Under the pieces are notes generated by a model. That model saw only the letters and a list, made by a program, of their open reading frames with translations, was not told the DNA's origin and did not search any database. Positions 1 through 10,987 of a stretch of DNA of 64,000 nt are shown one piece after another. Both the position numbers and the translations under genes were made by a program. The DNA is taken from contig NC_043012.1 in assembly GCF_006345805.1 (NCBI RefSeq), positions 38,564,001 through 38,628,000 on the forward strand. Direction: 5' to 3'. How positions within the stretch are numbered: the first letter of the stretch is position 1; every line of letters starts with the position of its first letter. Origin of the DNA: Octopus sinensis. Taxonomy: Eukaryota.

Positions 1-12
1 ATGTTACCTTTC

Positions 13-274
13 GTGGAGGCGCGTGGCTTAGTGGTTAGGGTGTCAGCATCATTGTCGTTAGATTGTGGTTTCGATTCCTGGACCGGTCGATATGTTGTGC
101 TCTTGAGCAAGACACTTTATTTCACGTTGTTCCAGTCCACTCAGCTGGCAAAAATGAGTAACGCTGCGATGGACTGGCGTCCGTCCATCTGGGGAACATA
201 TACGCCATAGAAACCGGGAAACCGGGCCCGTGAGACTGGTTAGGCTTTAAAAGGGCGCTTTTTATTATTTTTCT
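13..274 (+). mobile_element. tRNA-derived SINE, full length, with 12-bp target-site duplication
   Basis: A-box-like TGGCTTAGTGG (24-34) and B-box-like GGTTTCGATTCC (67-78); T-rich tail; ATGTTACCTTTC repeated at 1-12 and 275-286. It interrupts the mariner remnant at 287-640. Confidence 0.85.
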
Positions 275-286
275 ATGTTACCTTTC

Positions 287-640
287 ATTGTCCTGGTGCA
301 TTGGACGTTTGCGACGAAATCTCTTCTTGAACTACCGCAACTCTTCGCCACAAATTACTCCGTTAACCATCCGGCTGGAGCGAAACCAGTGGATATAGTG
401 GTTATTACTGCTGTCGAAAAAGGATGGTGGTGAGGAGTCATCTCGGTGGACTTGCTTTGCCTGGATTCTTGTACAAGCGAAAACCAGAGTCTCGGTTCAT
501 GCAAGGTAATCCTTGAGAGGTCTGGAGTATTTAATAAATTTCGACATCATTTCTGTCCAGTTTAACACTAAACTTTATTGCATATCGAGCTTTCATTTGT
601 CTTAACCGTCGCAGCTGCATTCTGCAAACTGGTCAGATTT
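287..640 (-). pseudogene. Mariner transposase remnant with internal deletion
   Basis: Minus-strand translation gives the N-terminal 'KARYAIKFSVKLDRNDVEIY' joined to the catalytic-region 'RQSKST...PFFDS...IHW...FKKRFRRKRP-MHQDN'. Same family as 26310-27425. Confidence 0.75.
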
Positions 641-962
641 GACGAGCAGCGATTTGTAGGATGTTTTCAAAGTGTCGTTTCCTTCAATCTACAATTAAAA
701 AATTACAATAATATGGGACAGTTATAATCGTTTCCCTTTAAAAAAAAATCTGAAATGTTCTGTAACTCACCTCATTTATACACATATGCATATTAAATAC
801 ATAAATTAACTAACTAACTAACACACACACACACATATATATATATGCGTACGAACTCTAAGGTATACAATATATTTACATATTTCTAAATATATTCATA
901 TATATATATATATATATATACATATACATGTATATATATATATATACATATACACACACACA

Positions 963-1025
<63 letters not shown>

Positions 1026-1740
1026 GTATAAAAATACAAACTGGGACAAGAACACAAAACATTTAGGAGACGATACAAAATACACGATGGGACATTCGAA
1101 GTCTTCAATCTTCAGTCAAGAACCGGATCATCCTCGTAATTTCGGTTGATTAATCTTGAGATTGCTCCGATCTGGCCAGCCCCAAAGGAAAATCTAAGCT
1201 AAGCGCATTAGATTCCTTGGAAGAAAGCTTCGAATGTATACAAAACAAGGACGGAAAAACGGACGATGTTACACGAATAAGAATACAAAAATAATACGTA
1301 AAAACAATAATAATGCGTAGAAACAATAATAAAAATAAAATAACAATAACAGGACATCACAAACAGGCGTCTTTCGACTAGACGAATTAAACTAAGCTGG
1401 CGTGTTAGGAATGTGCCTTGGGGCAGAGAGAAAAAATGTTGGTTTTACCGCTACCGCTGCAAAACCCCAAATGGCCAGCAGTCGGTCAGTCAGTCAGTCA
1501 GTCAGAGAAGAGAGTGGAAAAGAGGAACAGATGAATTAAGGAGGGGGAGAAGAGAGAGAAAAAGAGGAACAAGGAATTAAGGAGGAGGAGCAGAGAGAGA
1601 GAGAGAGAGAGAGCGAGAAAAAGAGACAGGGGCAGAGTGAAGTGCAAAGTAAGAAAGCGAAGAAATGTAGGAGAGGGGGGAGAGAGACAGAATCGTACCA
1701 AGTTTAGAGAAATGTGTACATACATATAAGAGAGAGGGTA
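1026..1740 (-). mobile_element. Non-autonomous repeat, copy A of the family carrying a permuted hammerhead-like motif; 3' end abuts a (TA)n array
   Basis: 1030-1165 matches 12745-12870 in inverted orientation and 4730-4860 in the same orientation. Upstream blocks (AGCTGGCGT, ATGTTGGT, GACAGAATC..ACCAAG) are shared with 4687-5350. The 5' boundary is approximate. Confidence 0.7.
1105..1165 (-). ncRNA. Candidate pseudoknotted (strand-permuted) hammerhead-like motif, copy A
   Basis: Minus strand: GCAAU-C-UCAAGA / UCAA-CC-GAA-AUUAC / UCUUGA-CUGAAGA-UUGA. Helix I is 6 bp; helix III is 5 bp with one mismatch. Confidence 0.5.
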
Positions 1741-3102
1741 CATACACCGTATATATATACGCACACATATGTAGACAGATATACTACTTGTCTCTAATAC
1801 ATGACATGTTACTAAACGTATTGGGGCTCAGCATTCCAACCACGTTAAACTGCCATTTTCGTATAATGCATTCTGGAAAATGTCATAAATTTGGATTCAG
1901 GTTTTAACGAAGCAACAGGAACCATAGAGTGGAAACATTCACAGAAAACAGAGTTATTGAAATTCCGATTCTTCATTGATTTTTACCAAACGATTCCTCT
2001 GGGTGTGTGTGTGTGCATATATATATACATTAATATATATATAAATATAAATATATATATATGTATATATGTGTGTGTATGTGAGTGTGCTTGGAAGGTA
2101 AGATTACATTTTAATGTATTGCATATCTGTACATACATTCCAGATTCTATAACCGAATATTATTGCCATTCTACTTTATCGAACTGGTGGTATATTGGTG
2201 TGAAAAAGTACACGTATGTATGTAGATTAAAGATATTTGTCAATGATTCTTGAAATCAATGCGATGCCATTTTAACCGTTGCTGTTGATGAGAGTTTCTG
2301 CCGATTCTCCTGTCAAACCGTTAATCCTCCAAGTCATGCCAGAACGCCATGTTGGTATCGAAGTTTCTCACACATATTGACAGCTCCAACCACGAAAAGA
2401 ACTTTTTTTTAGCTTAAACTCAAAAATAACATAATATACAGTAAAAAACAATAAAACTGATTATAAAAACAAAATATACAAAAATTTTTCACGATATTTT
2501 TATAGATTTTTGTTCTTCATTATATTTCTTGTTTTCATTTTTCTGTCCTTTTTTTTTGTCTATTTCTCAAAGATTTATTGCTATATTAAACATAAATAAA
2601 GCCGAGAAAAATATATTAAAAACAAATAGATAAATAAATATAAATAAGTGTAAAGCAACAGTAATAATAATAATAACAACAACAACAACAACAAGAACAA
2701 GCATGAATAACAGCGATGCCATCAGCTTCAAAACAACAACTTGTGCGTACATTTATTTTTATCATTTTCAGAAAATCGCATTATGGGTGTATTTAATTCC
2801 ATTATTTATTTATTCATGTTTTGCGAAACGTTTATATGCATATATATGTGTACACAAACACCTACCCGCACACACACACACACACGCACACACGCAAGCA
2901 CACACACGCACACACAACACACGTATGTATATACGGAGGGTGTCTGTTTTGTCTTCTTAGCCATCAAAGTTTGTAGGAAACTAAGATACGGCATTAAAAT
3001 GTTATTAGTTACTAACCAATACACTTCATCACCCCACTCCACCCCCTTATACAATTTGTAGTATGACTAACAAAACTCGCTGATCACTAGAACCAAGTGC
3101 AG

Positions 3103-3211
<109 letters not shown>

Positions 3212-3530
3212 TTATGTATATCGTTTGTGATTATACAAACGTGAATAGTTCGAATGAAGCAAAGCTCCAATAAAATCTCATATTTTGTTTCATCAGTTTC
3301 AAAATATGAACGATAAAAGGAGATGCTGTGATATTCAATACTTAATGACACGTTGCTAGAACAAAGCAAATTGTCCTCGAAATCAACGTGCAGATGTTAA
3401 CTTTTCTGGGTTACTTGCGATGAAGTGATTTATTACTTTTCATGTTTTGTTTTAAAATTGATTTCTAAATACGCTACAACGGTAAAATCTGAAGAATTCG
3501 TTGTGAATGGGGTATTTGACATGATTAACT

Positions 3531-3660
3531 AGGCGTAGTTGTGTGCTTAAGAATCATGGTTCCCAAAGTTGTCGTGTTAGGGACACCTTCCCTGCGCGGA
3601 AAACTAGGGCAAGTGTCTTCTGCTATAGTCCAGGGTCAACCAAATATTTCTAAGTAGATT
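3531..3660 (+). mobile_element. Degenerate 5' fragment of the CORE-like composite SINE
   Basis: TAGGCGTAG..GTGTG head and CTAGGGCAAGTGTCTTCTGCTATAG, matching the 5' half of the copies at 9716 and 53390. Confidence 0.55.
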
Positions 3661-4219
3661 TTGTAGATATAAAGTTATGTATACATACATACTTAACTAC
3701 CAACCTACCAACCTACCTACCTACCCACCTACCTATCTACCTACCTACCTACCTACCTACCTACATACATACATACATAAATACATACACACATACATAC
3801 ATACATGCATGCATACATAGACACATATACGTACATACATACATACATACATACATACATACATACATACAAAATACCCTGTTGTTGATGTTGAAATTCC
3901 AATTAAGGAGACTTGGATCTAGGTGAGAAACCGGTTCTTTCTCTATTGGCAAGAAACCTTGAAATAAAACTGAATGAGGTCCATAACCACACTGACACGG
4001 ACGGAAAGGGGACACTTGTCACTTATACATATTCGTTGCTCATTCATATTTTACTCACCTCCCTTCAAACCTGCCCGTCGTAAATATTGTGGGAAGTGTC
4101 TTTATATAAAGTATTTGAACATCGGGTAGAAAAAAATAGCATCTAAATTTTGATACTCAGCGTATGATTGTTTGTGCGTGCAAATAAGTTCGTTGAATTG
4201 AATCAAAATTGTATATATG

Positions 4220-4387
4220 TTCTTTTATTCTTTTACTTGTTTCAGCCATTTAACTGAGACCATGCTGGGGCACAGACTTTAGTCGAGAAAATCGACCCCA
4301 GGACTTGTTCTTTGTAAGCCAGTACTTATTCTATCGGTCTCTATTGTCGGACCGCTACAATGCGGGGACTTAAACACACCAATACAT

Positions 4388-4461
<74 letters not shown>

Positions 4462-4616
4462 ATACAACGGGCTTCTTTCAGTTTCCGTCTACCAGATCCA
4501 CTCACAAGGCTTGGGTCAGCTCGAGATGCACTCGCCCAAGTTGCCACGGGGTGACACTGATCCCGGAACAATGTGGTTGGGAAGCAAGCTTCTTACCACA
4601 CTGACACTGCTACGCC
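4220..4616 (-). mobile_element. Composite tRNA-derived SINE (CORE-like head, internal microsatellite, second domain)
   Basis: Colinear with 9716-10104, 10686-11157 and 53390-53798. Confidence 0.85.
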
Positions 4617-4686
4617 GCTCTCTCTCTCTCTTTTGATATATCTATCTATATATATATATAAGAATGAATGTTTTTATATATAATGA

Positions 4687-5350
4687 ACGTGAAATACAGG
4701 AAGGGACGAACACGGAACACAGACAAATCATTCGAAGCCTTCAATCTTCAGTCAGACACCGAATCATCATAGCAAATTTCGGCTGTTCAATTCTGATATT
4801 TGCTCCAACTCGGCCAGCCCCAAGAAAAAAAAACTAAGCATTAGATTTCTTGGTAGAAGACAGGAATGTGAACGCACAAGACGGATGTGAATACAAGAGA
4901 CGAAAACGAAATTGAAAACAGTAATGAATAAACAAAATATATATAACGGTGGTTGTCATACGACTTTAGACCAAATGAGACAAAAACAACAACAACAACA
5001 TAGCTGGCGTAGAAATAATTACCGTTTCGGTAGCGGGGACACATGTTGGTCGATATACGAAGGCCAACAGAATGGTTTAAGAAGCAGCAGGTCGCAGGAG
5101 AGAGAGAAAGAGAGACAGAGAGAGAGGGAATCAAAGAGGGTGGAAGGCAGGGGACAGAATCAGTGACCAAGAGAAAAGGAGAAAGAAGGGATTAAGGAGG
5201 ATGGGAGGAAGAGAGGGGAAGAATCGGAGGGCGCCAAAAAGTTTGGTGAAGAAGCAATGGCGGGTAGGAAAGACAGTGTGTATAGAAGTCGTGCAGGGTT
5301 TAAAATTGGACAAACAAACGGGGGGGGGGTGCACGTAACGCCGCAATAAT
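4687..5350 (-). mobile_element. Non-autonomous repeat, copy B of the permuted-hammerhead family, flanked by 29-bp direct repeats
   Basis: ATAAGAATGAATGTTTTTA(T/C)ATATAATGA at 4658-4686 and 5351-5379; homology to 1026-1740. Confidence 0.7.
4741..4803 (-). ncRNA. Candidate pseudoknotted (strand-permuted) hammerhead-like motif, copy B (best preserved)
   Basis: Minus strand: GCAAAU-A-UCAGA / CAG-CC-GAA-AUUUGC / UCUGA-CUGAAGA-UUG. Helices I and III are perfect. Confidence 0.55.
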
Positions 5351-5789
5351 ATAAGAATGAATGTTTTTACATATAATGATATATATCAGGTATAAACATT
5401 TTAACTGGCTTCATGTAAGAATTGTGGTGCAATCAGACGTCTTCATTTGGCGGTGCAGTGAAGGTATTAGATCGTCTTGCTGATGATGACGAGGTTACAT
5501 CAATAATGATGTCATTGTTTGTCATTTCAACGATCTGTCGTTGACGATTGTCGAAGTGGTAACGGTGTCGATGCTGATAACATTGATCTTCGTTACGTTA
5601 AAGATATCTCCCGAATATTCTGGTTCTATCCACCTTTCCTTTCCTCTTTGGCCTTGCTTTTCCTCCTCCTTATTGTTCTTTCCTTTTTCTCATCACATCA
5701 CTTGTGCATTTTGTTCTTGAACGAAAATGTGTATTCGGCCCTTCTTTCTTGACGGCTTTCTTCCGTTTCTTTCATTCTTGTTTACACGT

Positions 5790-5790
5790 T

Positions 5791-5861
<71 letters not shown>

Positions 5862-5984
5862 CTTAAAGCATTTCATTCCTCAGAACATCTGTCGTTCGGT
5901 TCTCATTTATTTATGGCTTCCACCTATTATTTTTCATTTACTTATCTGTCTGTCTTGCCATCTTCCTATCTGTCTATCTATCTA

Positions 5985-6059
<75 letters not shown>

Positions 6060-6072
6060 GTCTATCTATCTA

Positions 6073-6131
<59 letters not shown>

Positions 6132-6147
6132 GTCTATCTATCTATCT
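5790..6147. repeat. (TTTC)n and (TCTG/TCTA)n microsatellites
   Basis: Directly visible; these explain ORFs 5704-6450 and 5727-6362. Confidence 0.95.
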
Positions 6148-6731
6148 ATTATATACGTGTTTCTTCATTTCATTCCTCGTTTAATTCTCCAATCTCCGTC
6201 TGTCTTTCTTCCACCAATCCACTGCGCTTCATTTTTCGTTTCCTCCTTTCTTTTACAAACCATCCTCTCCCCACCAAATATCCTCTCCTCCTCCCACTAC
6301 CACAAACACCCCTATCACCAGAACCAAGGCCAGCATCCCTTCCAACACTGGGAACATTCTAGAATTCTTTACGATTTTCAACACTTGGTTATATTTAGAT
6401 TCTTTCATATAGGTTGGTGTTCTTGTTGTTATTGCGCTCACGACCGTTGATATATTTGTTGTTGGAAATGGAAATACCGTTGTTTTAGTTGGTGTATATA
6501 TGTAAGTGTGAGTATGCTTGTGTGTATATGCTAGTGTACGTTTTATTTTCTAATTTACAGCATTTATCTGACAGATTTCAGATATTTCCTCAAAAATTTG
6601 ACAGTAGTACGTAAACATGTAGACACGCATACGTAACCCCTACATGCCTAGATACATTTATGCATTCAGATACCTCCATACAAATATATATGCATACACA
6701 CACCACATATATATGTATATACATACATATA

Positions 6732-6772
<41 letters not shown>

Positions 6773-6847
6773 GCATACATATATACATATTGATCATACA
6801 CATACACAAACATGCATACATATATGTGTATATATATGTATATGTGT

Positions 6848-6894
<47 letters not shown>

Positions 6895-7431
6895 ATGTAT
6901 ATATACATATATCCTTTTACTTTCTATATATAGGCATATCTATGAGAAACCTCTGTATATAGACATATGTGAAATGTATGCTTGTGTTTATGCCTCTGTG
7001 AATGCATATTTCTGCACATTCGGCTGGGGTGTCTGTGTATGCACACACTCACACACACACACACACACATAGATATTTTTATGTAAATATGATTTGAGTG
7101 TCTTTTTACACACACACACACATATATATATAAATATATGTGTGTATGTGTGTGTGTGTGTAAATATATATATATATACATATATTTATATATATACACA
7201 TATACATAGATATATATACATATATATGTATATATATATGTATGTTTGTGTGTGTGTGCATATATATATATATACATGTGACTCACGTGGTAAAAATTCT
7301 GGAGTGAAATACGAATTCACTTGTCTATATAAATGTTGATATGCTGATTAGCTTCTGTATGTTCTGATGTCGCTTGGTCGGAAATATAGGAGGTAAGATT
7401 TCCTAGCATTTCTAGATTTATTTATCGGAAT

Positions 7432-7491
7432 ATTATGTTGATGAAGGAAATGAATCTTTGATTCTAATCCAGAAACGTATGCGTCCATAAT
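7432..7491 (+). ncRNA. Type I hammerhead motif with a U3 substitution (PLE-type)
   Basis: AUUAUG-UUGAUGA-[aGGAaauGAAUCuuuGAUUCuaaUCCa]-GAA-ACGUAUGCGU-C-CAUAAU: 6-bp helix I and a GUC triplet. Confidence 0.65.
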
Positions 7492-7796
7492 TGACCGGAG
7501 ACTGTTTGATTTCGTTACATTTCTTCTTTTTTTTTTGCCACATGTGAGTTACAAATATTGTTGTCTGTGGAGACATATTTTTGTAGTAAAAGGAAATAGC
7601 AGTCCTCTGGCTGCTATTTCTAAAATTTTAGGTATGTGGTCAAGCAACTTGTGTAAAGACCCTTATTGTTATAATTATATAAACTTTTACCGAATATGGT
7701 CCTTTTCCATATCGAAGTGCTACTAGGTGAAATTTGTTGATTTTATTAAGTTATACTTCACCCTTTATTTGTAATGTATATATATTATATATATAT

Positions 7797-8437
7797 GTCG
7801 TTGGCATCCTTTTTGTCTCGGGAGACAATGCAGTTGCGCATAAAGTAGTCTAGTCCGGCTTTTACATTTCATGTCCTGATACATTTCCTGCTGTGGCAGT
7901 GTAGTCCTATCCTGGACAAACACTCCCTCTGGCAGGTACCGCAAATGTAGCGAAGACTGTTCCTGGCTGGTTGTAGTGTCATAGTCTCTTGTTTACGTCT
8001 CTTCCTTTCTTTCCATTTCTCCTCTCTCTCTCTCTGTCACTCCTTTGTATTTCCTCTTTTACGGTACGTCGCCATTCTCCACGGTTGCCGGCAACTGCCT
8101 CCCAACCGCTAATATTGATGTTGCAGGCCTTCATGTCCCTTTTGCAAACATCCTTGTAACGTAAGTCGGTCTACCCACAGACCTAGTACTCCTAGCAAGC
8201 TCTCCGTAGAGTATGTCCTTGGGGATTCTGCCATCTTTCATACGGCTAACATGCCCAAGCCATCTCATACATCTTTGTGTGAGAAGTGCAAACATGCTTG
8301 GTATTCCTGCTTGCTTGAGGACATCTTTGTTGGGGACATGATTCTGCCATTTGATGCGGAGGATTTTCCGGAGGCAGCGCAGGGGAAAGATGTTTAGGCG
8401 ACGCTCTTGGCGTGTGTATAGCGTCCAAGTCTCACTT

Positions 8438-8440
<3 letters not shown>
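7797..8440 (-). mobile_element. 5'-truncated RTE-clade (BovB-like) LINE: RT C-terminal region plus 3' UTR
   Basis: 'GSETWTL..RQERRLNIF.LRCLRKILRIKWQ..VPN.DVL..AGIPS...L.QR.MRWLGHVSRM.DGRIPKDILYGEL....R.VGRP' is the characteristic RTE post-RT segment. Confidence 0.9.
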
Positions 8441-8491
<51 letters not shown>

Positions 8492-8682
8492 GAAAATGAG
8501 AGGGGAGGAGATAGATAGACAGATAGGTAATGTATGTATATATGAGTGGATATATGTGAAAGGAAGAGAGACAGGCAGACAATCAGACAGAAGAAAGTTT
8601 TTAACTCATAAAAAGCAAATATCAATTTACATAGACGAACAAACATCTTCGTGTGTACATTTGACACGTACACTCTACATTA

Positions 8683-8718
<36 letters not shown>

Positions 8719-8721
<3 letters not shown>

Positions 8722-9411
8722 GGTCCCGGGTTGATTCGGGGTTAACCACAGTAAATAAGGTACTCAATAATAGTAGAGTAAAATTAATTTATTATATAGA
8801 AGGCTTCTACAGACTAGAACTGTTTCATTCAAGAGAAATCTTCAGGAAGCTAGTTAACAAGAATTGTATTGGCATTTATACATTTAGGCAGGTTTAAAGG
8901 GGTGTTGGTGGGGGACTTTTTGGGGGTAGGCATAGCGCAAAATATCATACTTGGGGGAGTGGTCAAGGAGTCAGTGTTAAATTAGATAGAAGAATAAATA
9001 AAAAAATAAAAAAATAAAAAAATATATAAAAAAAATATATAAAAATATATATAAAAAAAGGGAATAGAGTTTTAGGTAAATAAGGAGATTCTCACTTATA
9101 CCTATGCACATATGTATACACACATATGTGCATAGGTATAGTGAGAATCTCCTTATTTACCTAAAACTCTATTCCCTTTTTTTTATATATTTTTATATAT
9201 TTTTTTTATATATATTTTTTTATTTTTTTATTTTTTTATTTATTCTTCTATCTAATTTAACACTGACTCCTTGACCACTCCCCCAAGTATGATATTTTGC
9301 GCTATGCCTACCCCCAAAAAGTCCCCCACCAACACCCCTTTAAACCTGCCTAAATGTATATGCCAATACAATTCTTGTTAACTAGCTTCCTGTAGAAGCT
9401 CCTTCTATATA

Positions 9412-9416
<5 letters not shown>
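8719..9416 (-). mobile_element. Fold-back PLE-type terminal fragment (about 270-bp inverted arms, 6-nt spacer) between (TA)n arrays
   Basis: 8844-9115 is the reverse complement of 9122-9393 apart from a few indels. The 3' tail ...CAACCCGGGACCTACA is shared with 16090-16137 and 54076-54158. Confidence 0.8.
8803..8850 (-). ncRNA. Type I hammerhead ribozyme motif
   Basis: GCUUC-CUGAAGA-uUUCucuuGAAu-GAA-ACAG-uucuagu-CUGU-A-GAAGC: complete core and a GUA triplet. Confidence 0.75.
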
Positions 9417-9460
<44 letters not shown>

Positions 9461-9484
9461 TATATATATATATGTATATATATC

Positions 9485-9518
<34 letters not shown>

Positions 9519-9526
9519 TATAATAT

Positions 9527-9567
<41 letters not shown>

Positions 9568-9572
9568 TCTAT

Positions 9573-9606
<34 letters not shown>

Positions 9607-9631
9607 ATATGTGTATATATATATATATATA

Positions 9632-9712
9632 TCACCGTGATCACCGTGACCGACCAGTCTATCAGCTACACATCGCTGGTCACAATGCGCTTCGCATTGT
9701 TTTATCTAATAT
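9632..9712 (-). repeat. Short structured repeat ending in a (TA)n array
   Basis: Reverse complement of 53880-53962; conserved hairpin ACAATGC..GCATTGT. Confidence 0.7.
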
Positions 9713-9715
9713 ATA

Positions 9716-10104
9716 TACTCTTACTCTTTACTCTTTTACTCGTTTCAGTCATTTGACAGCGGCTTTAGTCGAGCAAATCGACCCCGGGACTAATCCTTTG
9801 TAAGCCCATTACTTATTCTATCGGTCTCTTTTGCCGAACCGCTAAGTGACGGGGACGTAAACACACCAGCAATGCTAGGGTGACAAACACAGACACACAA
9901 ACACGCACACACATACATATATATATATATACATATATACGACAGGCTTCTTTCAGATTCCGTCTACCAAATCCACTCACAAGGCATTGGTTGGCCCGGG
10001 GCTATAGCAGAAGACACTTGCCCAAGATGTCACGCAGTGGGACTGAACCCGGAACCATGTGGTTGGTTAGCAAACTACTTACCACACAGCCACTCCTGTG
10101 CCTA
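9716..10104 (-). mobile_element. Composite tRNA-derived SINE, full length
   Basis: Minus-strand head TAGGCACAGGAGTGGCTGTGTGG...GGTTCAGTCCC; CORE-like CTTGGGCAAGTGTCTT; internal (TA/TG)n; (AGTAA[A]AG)n tail. Confidence 0.9.
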
Positions 10105-10685
10105 TATATATATATATATATAAACCTCTCTGCCTCCCTGCGTCATTTTAGATCTCTTGACTCCCTCCAACTTCAGTCTGACATGGAACAAATAAACACA
10201 CATTGTTTCGGAAATCCGTTTATGTTTCTGTCCTTTAACCATCCTCCCCATTCTCTGTATCTATGAGAAGTACTTCAACGCGAAACGTTAAAATGTTTAC
10301 AGTTGGATAGATAGACAAAATGATAAAATAATTTGATAAAAAAATGTGAATTTTTAATTATTTTCTGAGATGTTACCAAAACAACAAAATTTTTTTTTAT
10401 TAACAGATTCCAGATAATCTTTCCGTTCAGCGTTATGCTCAGACTTCCACTTTGATTTCCTGTTCCTAAAATTAGTTCCTCGTAAAAGTTAATCAAGTAT
10501 CCATCTCCTCACGCGCAGACGTATGTATAGTATGTGACATCTGTGAGTATATAAGAACATGTGTGAAGATATGTATACTATATAAGTTTATGTGGTGATT
10601 TTTAAGGCAGAGGCACGTGACCAAGGCTGTTGTTTTTCTTCTTTGCTCTGATCAGTCCGTCAACCAGCATTTTCCTATAATGGCA

Positions 10686-10922
10686 TACTCTCTCTTACTC
10701 TCTTTTACTTCTTTCAGTCATGTGACTGCGGTCATGCTGGAGCACCCCTTTAGTCGAGCAAATCGGCCCCAGAACTTATTCTTTGTAAGCAAGTACTTAT
10801 TGTATCGGTATGTTTTGCCGAACCGCTAACTTACAGGGACGTAAACACACCAGCATCGGTTGTCAAGCGACGTGGGGGAATAAACACAGACACATAAATA
10901 TTTACACACACACAGATACACA

Positions 10923-10987
<65 letters not shown>

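Noticed and set aside
3880-3975. GAA-ACCGGT-T palindrome resembling a hammerhead helix III
   Set aside because: No CUGANGA in register and no adjacent helix I.
7367-7392. CTGATGT-CG..CG-GAAATATA, a second hammerhead-like string
   Set aside because: A9 is missing and helix I does not pair.
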